From Pedobacter sp. (lineage in GTDB: Bacteria > Desulfobacterota > Desulfuromonadia > Desulfuromonadales > Syntrophotaleaceae): a DNA stretch of 64,000 bases. Shown here one piece after another: positions 9,904 to 18,736 of this stretch; positions within the stretch are counted from its first letter, which is position 1, and every line of letters starts with the position of its first letter. The position numbers were made by a program, and so were the translations under genes. The stretch covers positions 1,480,679 through 1,544,678 of the forward strand of contig JBFWJC010000001.1 of the NCBI GenBank assembly GCA_050253415.1, read 5' to 3'. Below the pieces are notes generated by a model, which did no database searches, had not been told where the DNA came from, and saw nothing but the letters and a program-made list of their open reading frames with translations.

Positions 9904-10916
9904 GACTGTTGCTTTTCGATCCGCTTAAGAAGGTTCGCGGCATACGGATCGATATTGTCCGCTGCGCCATGGGAAAGCTGTCCGCAGGCGTGGCATACAG
10001 GATTGCTCATTCTGTTGCCCCGTAGATGTTCCAGGCGGTGTTGGTGTAACAGGTTACCGTTCCAGATTTCCTTTATGCTTTGCTGCCGGACATCCCCGAC
10101 AACCAGCTTACGTGCCCAGTCAAGGAAACAGAGACTGACAGTGCCGTCGGAATTAACCGTCATGGAGTAAAAAATATAGGGGCAGGTCTTTATGTCTGCC
10201 ACGGGCTGATCGTAGATACCTTTGGAAATGGCGATGCCCAACCGATCCTGCACATCGAATTCCGGCCAGCAAGGCGCCACGTTTTCGATGAATATCCGAT
10301 CCGCATAATCACCAAAGGTACTGTAAAACAACTGCTTATCTGCTTCGGAAAGAAAGTCTCCGGCAATCTTGATGCAGATCTCGCAGTCACCTTTCATTGC
10401 ATACAGTTGCCGGATGTTGTTTACAAATTCCTTGAAATCGACTTTAGCCCTGGCGAACTCGAGGAACTGGGCGTCGCTCAGGCCGTCCACCGAGATATTG
10501 ATGCGATCGAGACCGGCCTCCAGTGCAGGCCCGATGCGTTCCGGTGTCAGCAGGGAGCCGTTGGTGGTGGTATCGACAGCATCTACGCAGCCCGATTGTT
10601 TGGCGTAACGGACCATGTCGGCAAAGCGGGGATTAAGGAACGGTTCCCCTTCTTTGTAGAGTCTCAGGACTTTGATGGGGGTGTCGAACTGTGCAAGATC
10701 GTTGATGACTTTCTTGAAAAGGTCGAAATCCATGGTGCCTTGCCAACGGCCGGTATCCTGAATAAGTTGCCGTTCCCCTGTGGGGCAGAACTTGCATTTA
10801 AAGTTGCAGGTGCTGGATGGGTCGACGAAGAGCACGTAAGGGGTCGACAAGGGAATGACCGTTTCGAGACGGTTGCGGCCGGTCTGGTTGATGCGTGGCT
10901 TGATTTGAGCTTTCAT
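9900..10916 (-). CDS. Radical SAM protein with SPASM/twitch-type C-terminus (paralog of 4836-5840)
   Basis: CNFKCKFC, GEP, TTNG; CPYIFY...DGTVSLC...CHAC; ATG at 10916 preferred over the TTG at 10928. Confidence 0.9.
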   Translation of the reverse strand: MKAQIKPRINQTGRNRLETVIPLSTPYVLFVDPSSTCNFKCKFCPTGERQLIQDTGRWQGTMDFDLFKKVINDLAQFDTPIKVLRLYKEGEPFLNPRFADMVRYAKQSGCVDAVDTTTNGSLLTPERIGPALEAGLDRINISVDGLSDAQFLEFARAKVDFKEFVNNIRQLYAMKGDCEICIKIAGDFLSEADKQLFYSTFGDYADRIFIENVAPCWPEFDVQDRLGIAISKGIYDQPVADIKTCPYIFYSMTVNSDGTVSLCFLDWARKLVVGDVRQQSIKEIWNGNLLHQHRLEHLRGNRMSNPVCHACGQLSHGAADNIDPYAANLLKRIEKQQS

Positions 10917-10985
10917 GGTTTTCGCCAATCCGGAAATGGTTGCAAAAGTCGGTTTTCCACTTTGTGAATAGGTACGTATGGCTTG

Positions 10986-11834
10986 TTAAGGCCTGCCTGC
11001 GAACAGCTGGTTTAACTTTGCTACGCTTCCCCAAAATGCCATCGGTTCATAAACGGGATACGGGTAATGCCCAAGGTTCAGGGTGACGGGAGTCCCCCTT
11101 TTTGTCAGGTAGTCCTCGACCAACGTGCGTACAGAAACCGGGATGCCGCTGCAGATATTTACCACACCGTCGGAATTGGGATGTTCCAGAAGCGCGACCA
11201 GACATGAGGCGATATCCTCGACCGGCAGGTAATCCCGTAACTGTTCGCCGCCGGACATGTTGAAAATTTTTTCCCCGCTGTTTATGGTCCGATTCAGTTG
11301 TGCCAACAAACTGTTGGGGTTTTGGCCTTCGCCGTACGTGTAAAACAGACGCGCCCATTGCATGCGAAACGGTTGGCTTTCTTGCAATGCCTGCAGGAAT
11401 TTACGCAGGGTGTCCTTGGCGAGGCCGTAGGGAGTTACCGGAAGAGTCGCCATGTCTTCGGTAAGCTCGCCGTTTTGCATGCCGTATTCAAAGCAGGTGC
11501 CGGCGATAACCAGATGTTTTATCCCTGCGCCTACCAGTTTTTTAAGAAAACGATAGTCGGCAGGCAGCGTTTCCTCGATATGGACAAGCGATTTGTAGTT
11601 CGGCAGCCCCGGCCAGGCCAGGTGAATAACCGCATCCTGCGGTCCAAAGAGATCCACTTGGACCTCGGGCTGGTGGATGTCGCAGGCCAAAAACCGTACC
11701 CGGTCGAACCATGGCATCGCCTGAGCTTTATCGCTATTGCGCGCGACGGCTGTAACCTGATGACCCTTTTTCAACAAACAGTCGACAACATGCCGGCCGA
11801 TAAAACCCGTGGCTCCTGTGACCAAGACATTCAT
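10986..11834 (-). CDS. NAD-dependent epimerase/dehydratase (NDP-4-ketohexose reductase-like)
   Basis: MNVLVTGATGFIG, HLAW, GTCFEYG, YGLAK; ATGA overlap with the upstream gene. Confidence 0.88.
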   Translation of the reverse strand: MNVLVTGATGFIGRHVVDCLLKKGHQVTAVARNSDKAQAMPWFDRVRFLACDIHQPEVQVDLFGPQDAVIHLAWPGLPNYKSLVHIEETLPADYRFLKKLVGAGIKHLVIAGTCFEYGMQNGELTEDMATLPVTPYGLAKDTLRKFLQALQESQPFRMQWARLFYTYGEGQNPNSLLAQLNRTINSGEKIFNMSGGEQLRDYLPVEDIASCLVALLEHPNSDGVVNICSGIPVSVRTLVEDYLTKRGTPVTLNLGHYPYPVYEPMAFWGSVAKLNQLFAGRP

Positions 11835-12388
11835 GCCAACGATCCCTTCAGGAAAAAGGGGGATTGGAAGTCGCATAATGCCGGAAGCCCTGCGTCCCTT
11901 TCGGAGACGATGGGATTTTCGTCCGGCCAGGCGATTCCAGCCGAATTCCAGAGGATGCCGGTATCATGCTGGGGAGAGTACACTGTTGAGACCTTGTACA
12001 TCATGGTGGCCGAGGCGCTGAGAACGTAAAAACCGTGCGCAAGTCCCATCGGAATGTACAGCATGTTGGCGGTGTCCGCCGACAGTTCAAGAATCTGGTG
12101 CTTTTTGTAGCTGGGTGAATCTCGGCGCAAGTCCACGACAGCATCCAGTACGGTTCCCTCGACGCAGTAGACAAGCTTGGTGTGATCATGGGGAGGGGTT
12201 TGAAAGTGCAGTCCCCGCAAAACACCATGCGTTGAAACGGAAAAATATTCCTCTCGCCAATCGGTACACAATCCGTTTTTGGAAAAAGTCTCCGCATGAA
12301 AGGTCTTGGTGAACGAACCGCGATGATCTCCGATCATGTTCGGGAGGAGCTCAAAACATCCTGCGATGGCTGTTTGTTTGACGGTCAT
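11831..12388 (-). CDS. rfbC: NDP-4-keto-deoxyhexose epimerase, RmlC/RfbC family
   Basis: DHRGSF, GVLRGLHFQ, VVDLRRDSP, GLAHGF, VSERD; ATGA overlap with rfbH stop fixes the start at 12388. Confidence 0.88.
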   Translation of the reverse strand: MTVKQTAIAGCFELLPNMIGDHRGSFTKTFHAETFSKNGLCTDWREEYFSVSTHGVLRGLHFQTPPHDHTKLVYCVEGTVLDAVVDLRRDSPSYKKHQILELSADTANMLYIPMGLAHGFYVLSASATMMYKVSTVYSPQHDTGILWNSAGIAWPDENPIVSERDAGLPALCDFQSPFFLKGSLA

Positions 12389-13740
12389 CTGCATGCGCCC
12401 GCCACAAACTTGCGGGTCACGTTCAGCATGTGATCCAGCATACGGACAGTCAGTCCCGGGTAGACGCCGAGCCAGAAGGTATTGTTCATGATCTGGTCGG
12501 TCACCGCCAGGTCTCCAACGGTGCGATAACCGCTGCCGGAGCGGCGCATTTCGTCGAAACAGGGGTGTTTGATCAGGTTGCCGGCAAACAGCATGCGGGT
12601 TTGAATGCCGCATTGTTCCAGGTGATTGACCAGTTGATCCCTGGAAAAGGGTGCCGTGTCCTTGACGGTAATGGGGAAACCGAACCACGCAGGGTCTGAG
12701 TCTGCGGTAGGCTCGGGCAAAACCAGCAGTTCCTGTGTGTCGGCAAGGCCATCTCTGAGAATTTGCCAGTTCATTTTTCTGGATTCGACAAACGACGGCA
12801 GCTTTTCCAGTTGCGAACAGCCGATGGCAGCCTGCATGTCCGTGATCTTGAGATTGTAACCAAAATGTGAATAGACGTATTTATGGTCATACCCGAACGG
12901 GAGATCGCCGAACTGTCGGGTAAAGCGGTTGCCGCAGGAATTGTCGTGGCCGGAGGCGCACCAGCAGTCGCGGCCCCAGTCGCGGAATGATTCGACCAGT
13001 TTTTTTAATACGGGGTTCTTGGTATAGACGGCCCCTCCTTCGCCGGTGGTCATGTGATGCGGCGGATAGAAACTGGAGGTGCCCAGGTCGCCGATAGTCC
13101 CGGTGCAGTGCCATGCGTTGTCGATCCGGTAGCGGGAACCGAGCGCATCGCAATTATCTTCGATCAGCCATAACTCGTGTTTATCGCAGAAGTTCTTTAC
13201 CGTTTTCAAATCGAAGGGGTTGCCCAGAGTATGAGCCACCATCACCGCTTTGGTTTTGGGGGACAGGGCTTGATCCAGATACGTTACGTCAATATTGTAG
13301 GTCGGCAACGAGACATCGACGAAGACGGGGATGGCTCCATATTGAATGATGGGGGTCACCGTAGTAGGGAACCCGGCAGCGACGGTGATAACCTCATCAC
13401 CCGGCCGGATGCGTCGCTCGCCCAACGTCGGGGAGGTCAATGCCATGAAGGCCAGAAGATTTGCCGATGACCCCGAATTGGTGAGGGAGCAGTAGTCCGT
13501 GCCGAGGTAGTTTGCAAACTCCGCCTCGAAGCGGGCGGCGTAACGTCCAGCGGTAAGCCAGAAATCCAGGGAAGCATCGACCAGGTGGGCCATATCCTGT
13601 TCGTCAAAGATACGTCCGCCGTAAGGGATGCGATCGCCTGGTGCAAAGGCGTGTTTTTCGACGCCATGGACATGCTGGCAGTAGTCCACCGCGGCGTCAA
13701 TGGCTTTTTGCCGCAATTCCTGTTCACGTTTATCCGCCAC
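12385..13740 (-). CDS. rfbH: CDP-4-keto-6-deoxyglucose 3-dehydrase (E1, DdhC/RfbH)
   Basis: NSGSSANLLA, EDNCDALG, SFYPPHHMTTGEGG (His in place of the PLP Lys), WGRDCWC...DNSC Fe-S motif, YDHKYVYSH; GTG at 13740 behind GGGAG. Confidence 0.93.
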   Translation of the reverse strand: MADKREQELRQKAIDAAVDYCQHVHGVEKHAFAPGDRIPYGGRIFDEQDMAHLVDASLDFWLTAGRYAARFEAEFANYLGTDYCSLTNSGSSANLLAFMALTSPTLGERRIRPGDEVITVAAGFPTTVTPIIQYGAIPVFVDVSLPTYNIDVTYLDQALSPKTKAVMVAHTLGNPFDLKTVKNFCDKHELWLIEDNCDALGSRYRIDNAWHCTGTIGDLGTSSFYPPHHMTTGEGGAVYTKNPVLKKLVESFRDWGRDCWCASGHDNSCGNRFTRQFGDLPFGYDHKYVYSHFGYNLKITDMQAAIGCSQLEKLPSFVESRKMNWQILRDGLADTQELLVLPEPTADSDPAWFGFPITVKDTAPFSRDQLVNHLEQCGIQTRMLFAGNLIKHPCFDEMRRSGSGYRTVGDLAVTDQIMNNTFWLGVYPGLTVRMLDHMLNVTRKFVAGACR

Positions 13741-14854
13741 AACAGGCTCCCATCCGGAATTCGGGGTTATGTCCAACAGGCATTGCAAGTTCCTCATAAC
13801 GGGCAATCTGTGCTTCGGTTACCTTACGCATGTCGATCGTTCCATCCATGTGGCAGCGATACCAGCTAAGGGTCCAGTCAAGCGCCTGTTCCAGGTGGGT
13901 GACTGGTGACCAACTCAGCTTTTCACGGGCAAGAGTACAGTCAAGATTGAGATAGTGGGCTTCATGCAAGGAAGTTTTGGTATTGGCGATCCAATGGGCT
14001 CCTTCCCCCCAGATCCGGGCGGCGGTTCGGACCACATCGACCACCGGCCATGCATCATCTCCGTTGGGGCCGAAATTCCAGCCTCCGTTGGAAACGCCTG
14101 GGTTGTGCCATAATTGTTCGGCCAGCATCAGGTAGCCCCGCAGTGGCTCCAACACATGCTGCCAGGGTCGAACAGCCTGCGGATAACGCAAAGTCAAAGG
14201 GCGTTGTTTTGCAAACGCCCTGATCAGGTCGGGGATAAGCCGGTCTTCGGCCCAGTCGCCTCCGCCGATGACGTTACCCGCACGGACGGTAGCGATGGCC
14301 ACCTTGCCTTCATTAAAAAACGATCGGCGGTAAGCGGCGGTTACCAGTTCCGCACAACCTTTGCTGCTGGAATAGGGATCGTTGCCACCCATCCGGTCGG
14401 TTTCGCGAAAAGTCATGGTTCCCTGATCATTTTCGTAGCATTTATCACTGGTGACTATTACCGCGACGCGAATCGATGGGGTGTTTCTGACCGCCTCCAG
14501 GAAGTTGACCGTGCCCATGACGTTGGCGGCGAAAGTATCCACCGGATTATCGTAAGAAGCCCGGACCAGAGGTTGCGCGGCAAGGTGAAAGGCTATTTGA
14601 GGGCGTGCCGTCTGCATGGCCTTTTGAATGTCAGGATAATTACGCACGTCGGCAATTGTGGAATGCATCCCGTTCTCAACCCGTGCCGCGTCGAAAAGGT
14701 TGGGAGATGACGAGGGTTTCAGGGCATACCCGTAAATCTTTGCGCCAAGTCGTTGCAGCCAAAGGGATAGCCAGGATCCTTTGAATCCTGTATGTCCGGT
14801 GACAAAAACACTTTTGTCCTGCCAGAAGTCCCGATTTAATCCCATATTTTCCAC
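13730..14854 (-). CDS. rfbG: CDP-glucose 4,6-dehydratase
   Basis: VTGHTGFKGSWL, HLAAQPLVR, TSDKCYEN, DPYSSSK, RAGNVIGGGDWA, RPWQHVLEPL. Confidence 0.95.
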   Translation of the reverse strand: MENMGLNRDFWQDKSVFVTGHTGFKGSWLSLWLQRLGAKIYGYALKPSSSPNLFDAARVENGMHSTIADVRNYPDIQKAMQTARPQIAFHLAAQPLVRASYDNPVDTFAANVMGTVNFLEAVRNTPSIRVAVIVTSDKCYENDQGTMTFRETDRMGGNDPYSSSKGCAELVTAAYRRSFFNEGKVAIATVRAGNVIGGGDWAEDRLIPDLIRAFAKQRPLTLRYPQAVRPWQHVLEPLRGYLMLAEQLWHNPGVSNGGWNFGPNGDDAWPVVDVVRTAARIWGEGAHWIANTKTSLHEAHYLNLDCTLAREKLSWSPVTHLEQALDWTLSWYRCHMDGTIDMRKVTEAQIARYEELAMPVGHNPEFRMGACCGG

Positions 14855-15612
14855 CGTGCCTTACCCGACTTCCAGTGTTCCTCGAGGATCTGCTTATCAC
14901 GCAGGGCATCCATGCATTGCCAGAACCCATGGTGTTTGTAAGCCATCAACTGGGAATCCACCGCCAGTTCCTCCAGGGTGTCCTCCCACATGTGATTGTC
15001 CGCATCATCCGGCAGGTAGGAAAAGATTTCCGGCTTTAGCACAAAGAATCCGCCATTTATCCAGCCACCGTCACCTATCGGTTTTTCCTTGAAGTTGGAT
15101 ACCAGATTGTCTTCTTCAAGTCCCAGCAGGCCAAAGCGACCAGCAGGCTGCACGGATGTAAGAGTGGCCAATTTGCCATGTCCGTGATGGTAATCGATGA
15201 GTTCTTTGAGGTTGATATCTGCCAGACCATCGCCATAAGTCAGCAGAAAATCCGATTTGCCGATATAATGTTGCACGCGTTTGAGCCGGCCGGCCGTAAG
15301 CGTTTGCAAGCCGGTGTCGACAAGCGTAACGCGAAATTTTTCCGAATTGGTCCGGTGTACTTCAAAACTATTGGTTTGCAAGTTTATGGTAACGTCAGAG
15401 TTGTAAACATAGTAATTTAAAAAGTATTCTTTTATTGAGTGACCTTTGTAGCCAAGGCAAATAATGAAATCATTAAACCCTTGAGTTTCATAGATTTTCA
15501 TAAGGTGCCACAGGATTGGTTTTTCACCAATTTCGATCATTGGTTTCGGTTTGAGGTGGGATTCTTCGGAGATGCGAGTCCCGATTCCGCCAGCCAAAAT
15601 AACGACCTTCAT
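14836..15612 (-). CDS. rfbF: Glucose-1-phosphate cytidylyltransferase
   Basis: ILAGGIGTRISEE, KPKPMIEIG, DTG...TAGRL, TYGDG, INGGFF, GFWQCMD. Confidence 0.95.
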   Translation of the reverse strand: MKVVILAGGIGTRISEESHLKPKPMIEIGEKPILWHLMKIYETQGFNDFIICLGYKGHSIKEYFLNYYVYNSDVTINLQTNSFEVHRTNSEKFRVTLVDTGLQTLTAGRLKRVQHYIGKSDFLLTYGDGLADINLKELIDYHHGHGKLATLTSVQPAGRFGLLGLEEDNLVSNFKEKPIGDGGWINGGFFVLKPEIFSYLPDDADNHMWEDTLEELAVDSQLMAYKHHGFWQCMDALRDKQILEEHWKSGKARWKIWD

Positions 15613-15658
15613 AAAAAATATGCCTTTTTTTTAGTTGAAAATAAAAACGCGAAAATTC

Positions 15659-17464
15659 TTATATGTTCAGAATGTTTGTTGTGATTTCCATGCTGTCCAA
15701 GCTATTAAGAATTTCTTGTTCATAACCAACCGCGCCAATGATTAAACAATCAAATTCTATATCATTTAATCTGTTGGGAGGAAAAACCTCGAATTGATTG
15801 AGAACCCTCTTGTTTTTTATTTTAAAATCTCTGTCGACGATGCAAACAACACTTTTTCTTAAAATATCAGAGCTGGTTAACAAAGCTATTGATTTGTCAG
15901 TGACTCCCCAAATAGCAACTCTTTTTCCTTCTGCTAGTTCTTTGGAAAAAAAATATTCAAGACTTGTATCTATAATATGTTTGTAAGTCTTTTTTGAAAT
16001 GAGTCTGGATGGTTGGGCATTAATTTTTTGAAAACAAGTTTTGCAACAAAAAGCCTCGGCCGAGTTTATATTTTTATATTCAAAAACGACACTTGGGAAA
16101 AAGTTTTTAGTGCCACAAGAAAGACACTCAGCGGAAATTGAATAGGACCCGTCTGTGTTGATTTGTTCTAAATCAATGCTACGGGTTAAACCAAGGAATT
16201 CGGAAGTAAGATATGTTAGTTTTCTTATGAGATCCGAAAATTCCTGATTATTTAATTTGGAAACGTTTACCAATGGACAACCGTTTTCAAGGTATTGAAG
16301 TTCGTCAGGTATGACCGATCGTTGAATTGCGCTTTTGTATAAATGGGTTCCAGGGAAAATTCTTATCATGGCCAAATTGATGCCATACTCTAAGTTCTTT
16401 AACCACCATCTAAGAGTTGTGTTAACTGTTTCAGTGGTTTCTTCAAGATCTCCAAAAATAAAATAGCCCTGAATGTAAAATCCGATCTTTCTGGTTAAAG
16501 ACAAGGCATTTTCAATTTGAGAGACAGTTATTTTCTTTTTCATGCTTTTTAATATCAGGTCGTCTGCACTTTCAAGCCCGAATCCAATGGATGTGCATCC
16601 GGCTTGTTTTAATTTTACAAGTAACTTCTCTGATATATTGTTAACGCGTAACTGAACGGAAAAAGTGACCTGGTATTTACTTATCCTCTCGCAAAATTCA
16701 ATAACCCTATCTTCGTCCGTGGCAAATAATTCATCTATGATCATCAAATGATCAATTGCATATTTTGATAAAACGGAGTCTATTTCTTCAAAAATGTTAT
16801 TTAAACTTCTTTGCCTATAAATGGAACCACTTGGATGATAGCAAAACGTACAATTGTACGGACAAGACCTGCTTGCAGTTATATTGACAGTCCTTTTTTC
16901 CTCGCCATTTACATTGACATAACCATTTGGGACCTGGATATATTGAAAGATTTCATAATCGGGAAAATGGATCGAATCTAAATTTTTTACTTCTGAACGA
17001 CTTTGGTTGACAATCAGTTTTTCATTTTCAAAGAAAGTCAGGCCATCGATGGTTTGAAAAGGTTTTCCGGTCTCCAAGGCCTCCGCAAGTTCACATATTG
17101 TTATTTCGCCCTGGCCGACAACGCCGAAGTCGGCACCAATATTTTCCATTACCAGTTGAGGCTGAGCTGTAATTAACCCGCCTCCAATGACAGTAATAAG
17201 GTCGCTTTTTATTTTTTTTGAGAGTTTTAAGGTGTTTTTGATCTCATTGTACTGATCCGACAACCCTCCAATACACAAAACATCAATCTTGTTATTAATA
17301 ATTGCATTTCTTAGTGATAACTCCAGGTTGTCTTCATAATTCAGATGAATACCAAATACGTTTCTGCCGGTTTTTTTTAAACTGGTTGCAACATATACAA
17401 TTCCAGGAGGTATCGTAAGAAATCCGAAAGAGTTATCACGTGGAACAACAAATAAAAAATTCAT
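15659..17464 (-). CDS. Cobalamin-binding radical SAM protein with an extra Cys-rich segment and C-terminal Rossmann-like domain (AT-rich gene)
   Basis: PPGIVYVA, IGGGL, GQGE, SRSCPYNCTFC, IDELF, GLES, FPGT; CLSC...CKTC; VAIWG...IVDRD. Confidence 0.88.
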   Translation of the reverse strand: MNFLFVVPRDNSFGFLTIPPGIVYVATSLKKTGRNVFGIHLNYEDNLELSLRNAIINNKIDVLCIGGLSDQYNEIKNTLKLSKKIKSDLITVIGGGLITAQPQLVMENIGADFGVVGQGEITICELAEALETGKPFQTIDGLTFFENEKLIVNQSRSEVKNLDSIHFPDYEIFQYIQVPNGYVNVNGEEKRTVNITASRSCPYNCTFCYHPSGSIYRQRSLNNIFEEIDSVLSKYAIDHLMIIDELFATDEDRVIEFCERISKYQVTFSVQLRVNNISEKLLVKLKQAGCTSIGFGLESADDLILKSMKKKITVSQIENALSLTRKIGFYIQGYFIFGDLEETTETVNTTLRWWLKNLEYGINLAMIRIFPGTHLYKSAIQRSVIPDELQYLENGCPLVNVSKLNNQEFSDLIRKLTYLTSEFLGLTRSIDLEQINTDGSYSISAECLSCGTKNFFPSVVFEYKNINSAEAFCCKTCFQKINAQPSRLISKKTYKHIIDTSLEYFFSKELAEGKRVAIWGVTDKSIALLTSSDILRKSVVCIVDRDFKIKNKRVLNQFEVFPPNRLNDIEFDCLIIGAVGYEQEILNSLDSMEITTNILNI

Positions 17465-17512
17465 GGAATGCACCTGGTAATTGTCTGTGCTATATCTTGA
17501 AAAAACGGGTAA

Positions 17513-18736
17513 TTAATATATGTTTATCATGTTGTATAACTTAAGTGTTTTACCGCCACCATGCCAGTTGGCTTCTACTTCTTTGCCGATTTCTTCTTGG
17601 TTAGCGTAACTGGATATTACTAAAAAAGCATTTGGATCTTTGATGTCATTAAGTATATTGGGACCATAAATATTTATGCCCCTCCAACTTTGACCTTGTT
17701 TCAAGGGGTCTTTATCAATAATAACGAACTCCCGTCCCGGAGAATTGAAAAGATTGGTCCAATGATAAAGAAACTCAGTATGCAATCCTCCGCCCCAAAT
17801 GACGATGCGCGCTATTTCCGGTACTTGATTTATGGAACTACAAACAGCCTCAACAGCTTTTGGGTAATGTTCCAGGTACTTTTCAATGGTCAAACAATCA
17901 TCTTGCGTGATATCAACCGTTTCTCTCATGTTTGATGGTCGGCATAGCACGCGGCATCCATTGTAGCCATTTTGTTCCAGTCTATCTTCGATGACCCAAC
18001 CCGCCCTTTGTAAGATATTACTCAAACTGGCTCGACTGAAGTGCGTCATATGTTGGACGGAAAAAAATCCGTTTATATCATTTGTAAACCCCTTTTCAAG
18101 TATGGGTACCTCAACAACCAATCGCGTCTTTTCGTTGGATTGGTTTCTCAGATTCTTTAGAGTTGAAAGAGGGTCGGGAAGATGTTCTAAAACATGAAAC
18201 ATAGTAATCGTATCGGGAATCATCGGTAGTTTTACCTGATTGAAGTCCCCCTGAATCAGCAGGACGTCCTTTCCTGCCAGATTTTTACGACCGCGTTCAA
18301 TGGCTGGTCCGTCAATGTCAACACCGATGCGTTTGACGGTATCGGGCATCATCGACAAGAAACGACCCTCAAAGCAGCCCACATCCAACAAACTACGATT
18401 CTGTTCCAACAGCTTGTTTTTACTCAGCCATTCAAGTTGTTCCTGGGCGCGACCGGCCGTCGCTCCATAGGAACAGCCCGCTTCCGCAAACAGGATTTCA
18501 AATCCCTGCAAAGAGTAGGCGGGATCAAGATACAGAGCGAAACACTTTTGGCACTGAACCTGTCGGATGTCGACGCGTTTGGGCTGGTCTGCACGATCAC
18601 TGAAGAACTGGAAGTCCGACATGGACAGTATTTCCCGCACCCGATCGGCGCCACACACCGGACAGTCCCTGTGTTCTACAAGTTTTGGGTCTGTATGGTT
18701 GCCACGGAAACAATCAATTGAATTCCAAGAAATCAT
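17513..18736 (-). CDS. Class I SAM-dependent methyltransferase with Zn-binding Cys pairs and a C-terminal Rossmann-like domain
   Basis: CPVCG...CQKC, LLDVGCFEG, FHVLEHL, VEVP, QHMTHF; IVIWGGG...IDKDPLKQG. Confidence 0.85.
   Translation of the reverse strand: MISWNSIDCFRGNHTDPKLVEHRDCPVCGADRVREILSMSDFQFFSDRADQPKRVDIRQVQCQKCFALYLDPAYSLQGFEILFAEAGCSYGATAGRAQEQLEWLSKNKLLEQNRSLLDVGCFEGRFLSMMPDTVKRIGVDIDGPAIERGRKNLAGKDVLLIQGDFNQVKLPMIPDTITMFHVLEHLPDPLSTLKNLRNQSNEKTRLVVEVPILEKGFTNDINGFFSVQHMTHFSRASLSNILQRAGWVIEDRLEQNGYNGCRVLCRPSNMRETVDITQDDCLTIEKYLEHYPKAVEAVCSSINQVPEIARIVIWGGGLHTEFLYHWTNLFNSPGREFVIIDKDPLKQGQSWRGINIYGPNILNDIKDPNAFLVISSYANQEEIGKEVEANWHGGGKTLKLYNMINIY

Noticed and set aside
15350..18250. 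Mobile element (IS/prophage) explaining the AT-rich segment
   Set aside because: No transposase, integrase, terminal repeats or target duplications were seen.
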